Of a stretch of 64,000 nucleotides of DNA, positions 57,342 to 64,000 are shown piece after piece (the first letter of the stretch is position 1; each line of letters starts with the position of its first letter). A program made the translations under genes and the position numbers. Source of the DNA: an uncultured bacterium (lineage in GTDB: Bacteria > Eisenbacteria > RBG-16-71-46 > CAIMUX01); NCBI GenBank assembly GCA_964371055.1, contig CAYJLF010000004.1, positions 3,993 through 67,992 of the forward strand, given 5' to 3'. Below the pieces are notes generated by a model that was given only the letters and a program-made list of their open reading frames with translations, was not told where the DNA came from and searched no databases.

Positions 57342-57394
57342 GCGACGCGGTCATCACATCCCCTCGCATCCCTTCGATCCGCTTCGCCTGGATC

Positions 57395-58393
57395 TCACTT
57401 GGACAGGGGGCAACCCAGGCGATTGTGCGCGCGGATCTCCCGCGCCAGCGCGACCATGCGACCGCGGTCGAGACTCGCCAGCGCCTCGTTGGTGCGGGCG
57501 ACGAGTTCCGATTCGGTGAGCGGGTAGTTGACGTCGGGGTGCGACGCGTTCAGCACCCCCACGATCGCCGCCCGCAAGAGGATGCGTGCGCCCCCGCGCA
57601 GCCCCGGACCATTCGCGTAGTACAGCGCGGTCAGGAGTCGGTCGTCGGCCATGCCGCGCAGCTGGCGCGGAACCACGAAGATCCGGCCGAGGCGGTGGGT
57701 CGGGCGGTAGCTGGTGTGCTTCCAGGCGGTGCGATGGCTTCGCCAGTAGGCGGCGCCGCACCCTTCGTCCCGGACCGCCACGCAGGATCGCGGCCCGCAA
57801 GGGGTGTTCTCGCCGGCAAAGATGCCCCCTTCCTGGTCGCACACATCAGCGGTCCGCACGGCGCAGGAGCCGTCCGGATAGCAGCAGGCCCCGGGCGGGA
57901 GTGGTGGCGGGCAGGGATTCGGATCGCAGGCCGAGGCGTCTCCCTGGTAGGTCCCGCCCGCCTCGCCACACTCCGCCACCGTGAAGAGCTCGCAATAGCC
58001 GGAGGCGAAACAGCAGGCCCCGACCGCTTCCGGCTGCGGGCACGGATTCGGATCGCAGGAGGTCTCCTCGCCCGCGAAGGTTCCTTCCTGGGCCAGGCAA
58101 TCCTCTTCCGTCAGGACCACGCACGATCCGTCGAAGAAGCAGCAGGCTCCGGCCGCCTCCGCCGCCGGAACCGGTGAAGGCGCCACCGGCGCGATCGGGC
58201 GGCCGGCGTCGTCGGAGGCGCATCCGGCGAACGCGAACGCTGCCAGGGCGAGCAGCGAAGCGAATCCGATCGGCCGGGTCAGACCTAGGAGATGGCTCCC
58301 GTAGGTTCGGACCGTTCCGGCGGCCCTGCGCCATGGACCACGCGCGACGCGCTCGGTGGCCCGAGAGGGTGGGGTGGAGGCGAGAGGATCCAT
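57395..58393 (-). CDS. Cys-rich tandem-repeat lipoprotein of unknown function
   Basis: Lipobox 'AFAFAGC'. Three ~43-aa repeats each follow 'GACC[FY]x[DS]G[SY]C...T...C...GG[TI][FY].G[ED]...C.PN/RPC' (6 Cys per repeat) with PQP/PPP spacers. A ~120-aa C-terminal domain follows. ATG at 58393 with a GGAGGG RBS. It is the only minus-strand gene in this region. Confidence 0.6.
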   Translation of the reverse strand: MDPLASTPPSRATERVARGPWRRAAGTVRTYGSHLLGLTRPIGFASLLALAAFAFAGCASDDAGRPIAPVAPSPVPAAEAAGACCFFDGSCVVLTEEDCLAQEGTFAGEETSCDPNPCPQPEAVGACCFASGYCELFTVAECGEAGGTYQGDASACDPNPCPPPLPPGACCYPDGSCAVRTADVCDQEGGIFAGENTPCGPRSCVAVRDEGCGAAYWRSHRTAWKHTSYRPTHRLGRIFVVPRQLRGMADDRLLTALYYANGPGLRGGARILLRAAIVGVLNASHPDVNYPLTESELVARTNEALASLDRGRMVALAREIRAHNRLGCPLSK

Positions 58394-58809
58394 GATCAAA
58401 CCCTCCGTGCGCTCCCGCGGGCGTGGCCGCTGTCCGGGGCGAGAACGGCGAGCCGCGGGGCAGAGCGGGCGCAGCCCAGACGGCGGCGCCGCGCGACCGG
58501 AGCGGGGCGGCGGCAACCTCCGGCCGGGACCGGAGAGGGATCGTCGTCGCCGGGTCACTACTCCCCCTCAAGTCCATCGGCTGATGACCGGGCCTGCTTG
58601 AGTCCTTTTTTTGCCGATCGGCCCCCTTTCTTGCGATCTCCGCGACTGCCCGGTTGACACGAAGTGGTCTCCTGGATGGACACTGCGCAGATGCTCACGT
58701 TTCGCCACACGGCGGCCGCGGGGAGAGCGGCCCCAACTTCCGCGGATGCGCGCGGATACGTCGTCTCAGCCCGCCGCCCGTCGCGGGTCGCGCCGGCGGG
58801 AGTGCCGTC

Positions 58810-60438
58810 GTGACCCCCGCGCCGGAAGCCCCTTCACCGGGGCGTCGCCACTTGGTTTCCGGCGCGTCGCGACTGGGCCTCGGGACGTTCATCAGCCGTC
58901 TGCTCGGCCTGGGCCGCGACATGGCCCGGGCCTGGCTCTTCGGCACCGGGATGGCGGCGGATGCCTTCACCGTTGCCTTCCGCGTGCCAAACCTGCTGCG
59001 CGCGCTCTTCGCCGAGGGAGCGCTCTCGGCGTCGCTCGTGCCGGTGCTGGCGGACTACGTCGAGCGGGATGACCGGGAAGCTACGGTCCGTTTTCTTCGA
59101 GCGCTCTCGACCGTTCTCTGCGCCGCCCTCGGCATCACCGTTCTCCTCGGCGTACTGCTCGCACCGACGATCGTGCCGTGGCTCGTTCATGGTTTTCGGG
59201 CGGTTCCGGGGAAAGTCGAGCTGACCGTTCGATTGACCCAGGTTCTCTTCCCCTATCTCCTTCTGATCGGTCTGGCCACGCTCGCGATGGCGGTGCTCAA
59301 CACGCATCGCCACTTCACCACCCCGGCCCTCTCGCCTTCGGTCCTGAACGTCTTCATGATCGTGGGAGCGCTCCTGGTCGCGCCGCAACTGGGGGACGAT
59401 CCGTCGGTGCAGGTCTACGGACTGGCGGCCGCCGTCCTCTTGGGCGGCGTTTTCCAGGCCGCGATCCAGTGGCCGCCGCTCCGCGCGCGTCGCCTGACGC
59501 TGGCCCCCTCCCGGGCGTGGCGCGACCCCGGGGTCGGCCGCGTCTTGTGGTTGATGCTCCCCGGAGTCCTCGGGATCGCGGTGCAGGAGATCAACGCGTT
59601 CGTCGACACGTTCCTGGCGAGCCTGCTGGTCCAGGGGAGCGTGTCGGCCCTCGAGTATGGGCAGCGCGTAATGCAGCTGCCGCTGGGAGTCATCGGCGTG
59701 GCCCTCGGCACCGCGAGCCTGCCGACCCTGTCGCGCCTGGTGAGTCGCGGAGAGAGGGCTCAGGCCGAGGATACCGCGGCCTTCTCGATCCGCCTCGTCC
59801 TGCTCGTCATGCTGCCGGCGAGTATCTGGCTCGTGATCCTGGCGCGGCCGATCCTGGCGCTGCTCTTCCAGCGCGGGGCGTTTTCGGGGGGCGACTCACT
59901 GGCGATGACCACCATGGCGTTGCGTTTCTATGCGCTCGGACTGGTGGCCTACGGGACCGCAAAATCGCTCGTTCCGCTCTTCTACGCGCACAAGGACACC
60001 CGCACTCCGGTGCGGGCCGCGGTCATCGCGTTGGTTGCCAACGTCGTGCTCAACCTGATCCTGATGCGTTACCTCGCCCTGGGCGGATTGGCGCTGGCGA
60101 CGGCGCTCAGTTCGTTCCTGAACGTCGCTCTCCTCGCCCACTGGTCCCGCCGGCGCCTCGGCCTCTGGCCGCTGCGAGGTCTGGGGGAGTGCGTCGTCCG
60201 GCTGACGCCGGGGTTGGTCGTATCCGTGGGGCTGCTCCTGGCGGCGCGGGAACTGGTGAGTGGCTGGGCTCTGCCGGGCGTGTGGGCAGCTCTGGCGGCG
60301 GCGCTGGTCCCGCTGGCGGCGGGAATGGCCGGCTATGTCGCGGCGCTGCACCTGGCGAGATCCCGGGAGTGGCTGTTTCTCTGGTCGATCGTCAGAGAGC
60401 GGATCGGGCGCCGCCGCGGAAACGAGACCGGCCGATGA
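58810..60438 (+). CDS. murJ: lipid II flippase MurJ
   Basis: 14-TM MOP-family protein: 'ISRLLGLGRDMARAWLFGTG' N-terminus, 'LLPSLS'-like 'ASLPTLSRL', conserved Arg/Asp. GTG start chosen at 58810; the track ORF starts at 58654. Confidence 0.8.
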   Translation: MTPAPEAPSPGRRHLVSGASRLGLGTFISRLLGLGRDMARAWLFGTGMAADAFTVAFRVPNLLRALFAEGALSASLVPVLADYVERDDREATVRFLRALSTVLCAALGITVLLGVLLAPTIVPWLVHGFRAVPGKVELTVRLTQVLFPYLLLIGLATLAMAVLNTHRHFTTPALSPSVLNVFMIVGALLVAPQLGDDPSVQVYGLAAAVLLGGVFQAAIQWPPLRARRLTLAPSRAWRDPGVGRVLWLMLPGVLGIAVQEINAFVDTFLASLLVQGSVSALEYGQRVMQLPLGVIGVALGTASLPTLSRLVSRGERAQAEDTAAFSIRLVLLVMLPASIWLVILARPILALLFQRGAFSGGDSLAMTTMALRFYALGLVAYGTAKSLVPLFYAHKDTRTPVRAAVIALVANVVLNLILMRYLALGGLALATALSSFLNVALLAHWSRRRLGLWPLRGLGECVVRLTPGLVVSVGLLLAARELVSGWALPGVWAALAAALVPLAAGMAGYVAALHLARSREWLFLWSIVRERIGRRRGNETGR

Positions 60439-62477
60439 AACGTCGACGTCGATCCGCCGCGCAGGCGCCGCGGCCTCCGCATCGCCGGAGGGATGAACTG
60501 GGGGATGCCCCGCCTCCCGCCGAGGAGATGGCGCGTGATCCGATGGGGGATTCGGCCGATCCTTCTTTTCGGCGGGGAGAGATCGGCCAGGTCGGGGCGC
60601 GCGCCATCCTCGAGGGACGTCTGCGTCTGCTGCCGGACGACGCCGGCGTCTATCTGTTCCGCGATGCGCGGCGTCGCGTCATCTACGTGGGCAAGGCGAA
60701 GCGGCTTCGTTCGCGCGTGCGCTCCTACTTTCGCGGCCCGGATCCGGATGACCCCCGTTTGCGGGGGCTGAGGCGACGGATCCGCCACCTCGACTGGGTC
60801 GCGACCAGTTCCGAAGTCGAGGCGCTCGTGCTCGAGGACAGCCTCATCAAGCAGTACGCTCCCCGTTACAACATCCGTCTGAAGGACGACAAGCGGTATC
60901 CCTACCTGAAAGTGACCATGCGGCACGACTATCCGGCCCTCGTCGTCACCCGGCACGTGGAGCAGGACGGTGCGCGCTATTTCGGGCCGTTCACGCGGGT
61001 CAAGGACCTCCGCCGCGTCCTGCGCACGGTGCGGGCCGTCTTCCGGCTGCGCAATTGCACCGACCGACGTCTCGCGCGCGGTGGGCGCGAGTGCCTGCAG
61101 TACTTCATCCATCGCTGCACCGCCCCCTGCACCGGGCGCGTCGATCGGGAGGCGTATGCCGCCCAGGTCCGTCCTCTGCTCGACCTCCTCTCGGGGCGCG
61201 GAGAGGAGGTGGTCGGCGTGCTCGAAGAGAGGATGCGTGCCCAGGCGGCGGCCCTGCGTTTCGAGGAGAGCGCCCGGCTGCGCGACGAAGTGGCCATGCT
61301 GCGCGAACTGATGCAGGAACAGGGACTCGTGCCTCCCGCCGAGGCCGAAGCCGACGTCGTCGGCCTGGCGACGCGAGGCAATCTCGCGTGCGGGGTCTTC
61401 CTTCATGTGCGGGAAGGACGGGTGCTGGGCAAGAGCCATCGCCTGCTGACCGGCGTTCGGGGCGCCGACCCGGCTGCACAGATGCGAGCGCTCCTCCTTT
61501 CCAGCTTCCTTCATGCGACCCGGATTCCGCGCCGCCTGGTGCTCGCGTTGGCCCCGGCCGACGAGGCGGAAGCCGCGGCCGCGCTGTCGCACGCGGCCGG
61601 CCACTCCGTGGAGTTCGAGGTCGTGACGCGCGGCGGCACGCGTCATCTCCTCGAGGTCGCGGCACGAAATGCGCACCTGCTGCTGGAGGAGGAGGAGCTG
61701 CGCGTCGCCGACAAGCGGGCCCGGGTCGATCACGCGGTCTACGCGCTGCAGGAGGCGCTCGGACTCCCCACGCCTCCCTATCGGATCGAGGGATTCGACA
61801 TCAGCAATCTGCAGGCCTCGCATCCTGTCGCCTCGATGGTGGTCTTCCGCGACGGCGTCGCCTGGAAGAGTGGCTACCGCCGTTTCCGGATGCGGGAGAC
61901 CGAGGGGCCCGACGATTTCGCGATGATCGCGGAAGTCCTGCGGCGGCGCCTGCGGCGGCTCGGGGATCGCCACGAGGCGCGCCCGGACCTGGTCCTGGTC
62001 GACGGGGGGGCCGGGCAGGTGGCGAGCGCGCGGGCCGCACTCGCGGAGGCGGGCTATCCCGACCTGCCGCTCGCCGGTCTGGCCAAGCGGAACGAAGAGA
62101 TCGTCCTGCCGGATCGTCCGTCACCTCTGTGCCTCCCGCGGACCTCGGAAGCGCTCCGGCTGCTGCAGCGCGTGCGGGACGAAGCGCATCGCTTCGCGAT
62201 CGGCTATCATCGCAGCCTGCGCGTCCGGGCGCAGCGCGTCTCACGTCTCGATGCCGTTCCCGGCGTCGGCCCGGCCCGGCGCCGCGCGCTGCTGCAACGC
62301 TTCGGCAGTGTGGCCGCCCTCCGTGCCGCCGGACCCGACGCGATCGCCGCCGTCCCGGGAATCGGGGCCAGGCTCGCCGGTCTCATCGCGGAGCGCCTGG
62401 GACCGCCGCCCCCGGGAACCGATGCGGTGAGGGCGGAGCATCCGCCGCACGACGCGGGAGGTCGCGATGACGAGTGA
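60435..62477 (+). CDS. uvrC: excinuclease ABC subunit C
   Basis: GIY-YIG domain ('GVYLFRDARRRVIYVGKAKRLRSRVRSYF'), UVR motif ('ARLRDEVAMLRE'), RNaseH-like endonuclease domain and C-terminal HhH. ATG overlaps the murJ stop as ATGA. The true start may be a downstream Met. Confidence 0.85.
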   Translation: MKRRRRSAAQAPRPPHRRRDELGDAPPPAEEMARDPMGDSADPSFRRGEIGQVGARAILEGRLRLLPDDAGVYLFRDARRRVIYVGKAKRLRSRVRSYFRGPDPDDPRLRGLRRRIRHLDWVATSSEVEALVLEDSLIKQYAPRYNIRLKDDKRYPYLKVTMRHDYPALVVTRHVEQDGARYFGPFTRVKDLRRVLRTVRAVFRLRNCTDRRLARGGRECLQYFIHRCTAPCTGRVDREAYAAQVRPLLDLLSGRGEEVVGVLEERMRAQAAALRFEESARLRDEVAMLRELMQEQGLVPPAEAEADVVGLATRGNLACGVFLHVREGRVLGKSHRLLTGVRGADPAAQMRALLLSSFLHATRIPRRLVLALAPADEAEAAAALSHAAGHSVEFEVVTRGGTRHLLEVAARNAHLLLEEEELRVADKRARVDHAVYALQEALGLPTPPYRIEGFDISNLQASHPVASMVVFRDGVAWKSGYRRFRMRETEGPDDFAMIAEVLRRRLRRLGDRHEARPDLVLVDGGAGQVASARAALAEAGYPDLPLAGLAKRNEEIVLPDRPSPLCLPRTSEALRLLQRVRDEAHRFAIGYHRSLRVRAQRVSRLDAVPGVGPARRRALLQRFGSVAALRAAGPDAIAAVPGIGARLAGLIAERLGPPPPGTDAVRAEHPPHDAGGRDDE

Positions 62478-63396
62478 GCCGACGCGAGCGACGTCGCGTG
62501 AACTCCTCCTGGAAGTGGAGGAGTGGGTCTGGCATCTCACCTTCGAACGGCGCCTCTCACCCCACAGCGTGGCCGCCTACCGGAACGATCTGCACAAGCA
62601 GGTGGAGTATCTCGGCGGGAAGGATGTCCGGCGCTGGAGCGAGGTCAGCGCGGAGCTGGTGCGGGAGGGGCTGGCCCGGCTGCACGACGCGGGGGAGGCG
62701 CCCCGTTCGCGCCTGCGGGCCCGTTCCGCGTTGCGCGGATTCTTCCGGTGGATGGTCCACAGCCGCCGGCTCGCCGTCGATCCGACCCGTGATGTCGAGG
62801 CGCCGCGGCTTCGGTCCGAGCTGCCGGATGTCCTGGACCCGGAGGACATCACCCGCCTGCTCGAGGCGTGCGGCGGGGCGCGACCGCTGGACGTGCGCGA
62901 CCGGGCCCTGCTCGAGACGGCCTACGGCACGGGGCTTCGGGCCTCCGAGTTGACGGGCCTCGGCGTCGAGGAGATCGACTTCCGTGAGCGTTGGCTTCGC
63001 GTGCGGGGGAAGGGGAACAAGGAGCGGATGGTGCCGCTCGGCCGCCCCGCCCTCGAGGCCCTGCGGCGCTACTTCGCCTCTGCTCGCCCGGAACTCCTGG
63101 GGCGTCGCGCCGACCCGGGCGTGGTCTTTCTGAACGCCCGGGGCGGACCCCTGACGCGGGTCGGCCTCTGGAAGATCCTGCGACGCCGGGCCGGCTCGGC
63201 CGGCATCGATCCGGCCGCGATCCATCCCCACTTGTTGCGGCACAGTTTCGCGACCCACCTCCTGCACGGCGGCGCGCCGCTGCGCGTCGTCCAGGAGCTT
63301 TTGGGGCACAGCAGCGTGACGACGACCGAGATCTACACCGCCGTGGACCGGGGCTTCCTGCGGCGCGTGCATCGGGAGTACCATCCACGGGGTTGA
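62467..63396 (+). CDS. xerD: tyrosine site-specific recombinase XerD/XerC
   Basis: N-terminal SAM-like core-binding domain. Catalytic R...K...HxxR...Y motifs ('RHSFATHLLHGG', 'LLGHSSVTTTEIYT'). It overlaps the uvrC end by 11 nt. Core-gene context suggests chromosome dimer resolution rather than a phage integrase. Confidence 0.85.
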   Translation: MTSEPTRATSRELLLEVEEWVWHLTFERRLSPHSVAAYRNDLHKQVEYLGGKDVRRWSEVSAELVREGLARLHDAGEAPRSRLRARSALRGFFRWMVHSRRLAVDPTRDVEAPRLRSELPDVLDPEDITRLLEACGGARPLDVRDRALLETAYGTGLRASELTGLGVEEIDFRERWLRVRGKGNKERMVPLGRPALEALRRYFASARPELLGRRADPGVVFLNARGGPLTRVGLWKILRRRAGSAGIDPAAIHPHLLRHSFATHLLHGGAPLRVVQELLGHSSVTTTEIYTAVDRGFLRRVHREYHPRG

Positions 63397-63409
63397 GAAG
63401 GGAGGCACG

Positions 63410-64000
63410 GTGAGTCGACAGAGGCGGACAGCGTTCAGGGTCGTGGGATGCCTGGCGGTCGCGGTCGCGGCGGCCTGGCCGGGTTTGGCCCAGGCCTGGG
63501 AGCAGAGGCGCGGCACTCTCAGCTTCGGCGTGCAGGGCGGAGTCACGGCGATGGACGGGAGCGGGATCTATACCCGTGAGCTGGGCGGGACCTCCATCAC
63601 GGAGGAGTCGTACCGCTACGAGGACTTTCGATGGAAGGGGGCGCTGGGCTTCCGCCTGCGCTACAGCCTCGACCGTTCCCACGCCGTGGGGGCGAGCTTC
63701 GAGGACCTTCGGTTCGACCGCAAATCAGGACTGGATGACGCCGTCGCGGACGAGTACCAGGTCAATACCGTCCTGGCCAACTACTTCGTCTACTTCTCCC
63801 GAAAGGACCGTCTAACTCCCTACCTGGAGCTGGGAGCGGGATTCCATCGGGATACGTTCCGCTACTCATCGAGCGATCACGTCATCCCTCCGCTCGCCCC
63901 CGCGGCCTCGGTCGGACTCGGGGCGGAGTACTTCCTCCGTCCGGCCTTGACGGTCGACGCCGCTGTTCGTGCGTATTATCTTCATCTGCGCGGTTCGGAC
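63410..64000 (+). CDS. outer-membrane beta-barrel protein (OmpA-like/OmpW-like porin family), 3'-truncated at window edge
   Basis: GTG start with GAAGGGAGG RBS. Signal peptide 'CLAVAVAAAWPGLAQA'. Alternating hydrophobic/aromatic beta-strand pattern ('YFVYFS', 'LELGAGF', 'VGLGAEYFL'). The frame is open to the window end. Confidence 0.55.
   Translation, partial: MSRQRRTAFRVVGCLAVAVAAAWPGLAQAWEQRRGTLSFGVQGGVTAMDGSGIYTRELGGTSITEESYRYEDFRWKGALGFRLRYSLDRSHAVGASFEDLRFDRKSGLDDAVADEYQVNTVLANYFVYFSRKDRLTPYLELGAGFHRDTFRYSSSDHVIPPLAPAASVGLGAEYFLRPALTVDAAVRAYYLHLRGSD

Noticed and set aside
62467-63396. Possible integrase marking a mobile element near tRNA-Arg
   Set aside because: The recombinase has the XerC/D-type N-terminal domain and sits in the conserved uvrC-xerD context among core genes. 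No phage or IS genes, terminal inverted repeats or target-site duplications were found anywhere in the window.

Overview
This 64 kb window is about 70% GC with very high gene density. The organism is clearly diderm: BamA, Skp, LpxD, an LpxC-FabZ fusion, LpxA, LpxB, WaaA, LpxK, LolCD and a heptosyltransferase are all present. The LpxC-FabZ fusion, the split PurL/PurQ/PurS and an FlgD-Ig/T9SS-like C-terminal tail on a giant surface protein suggest an FCB-group-like lineage such as Gemmatimonadota or a related candidate phylum. This placement is inference only. Nearly all genes run on the + strand in long arrays, and many adjacent genes share 4-nt start/stop overlaps (ATGA, GTGA, TTGA).

The core content, in order:
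- dapA (3' part), dapB, rpsT, lnt, an rlmI-like methyltransferase, asd, truA
- htrA, purB, purL, purQ, an atypical tandem PurS-like gene, purF
- lolC/E, lolD, then mcsA, mcsB and clpC (a protein-arginine-kinase module)
- bamA, skp, the lipid A/Kdo cluster, an anion permease, nadB, a GT9 heptosyltransferase, mutL, miaA
- tRNA-Gly, a DUF512/PDZ protein, der, plsY, gpsA, a MerR-like regulator, tRNA-Pro(GGG), surE, pcm, tRNA-Pro(CGG), apt, a rhodanese lipoprotein, tRNA-Arg(CCT), murJ, uvrC, xerD and a partial beta-barrel outer membrane protein

I found no rRNA, CRISPR array or recognisable transposon or phage genes.

The most unusual content is a minus-strand block at 6795..14236. It holds a ~1750-aa secreted protein with an N-terminal glycoside-hydrolase-like domain, about 12 Fn3-like repeats joined by Pro/Thr-rich linkers, and an FlgD-Ig/T9SS-like C-terminal tail. 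Immediately downstream and co-directional sit an ArnT/PMT-like GT-C glycosyltransferase and a GT2 polyprenyl-phosphate sugar synthase. Together these look like a candidate glycosylation cassette with its putative substrate.

Other points worth a second look:
- a Cys-rich tandem-repeat lipoprotein beside tRNA-Arg
- a G9-C-G5-C19 homopolymer hairpin directly after tRNA-Arg
- the lolCD-mcsAB-clpC arrangement with no ctsR gene in the ~2 kb immediately upstream
- a tandem PurS-PurS protein
- a 60-nt patch at about 40% GC with atypical codon usage inside gpsA

Many long antisense ORFs in the supplied track are high-GC artefacts and were rejected.
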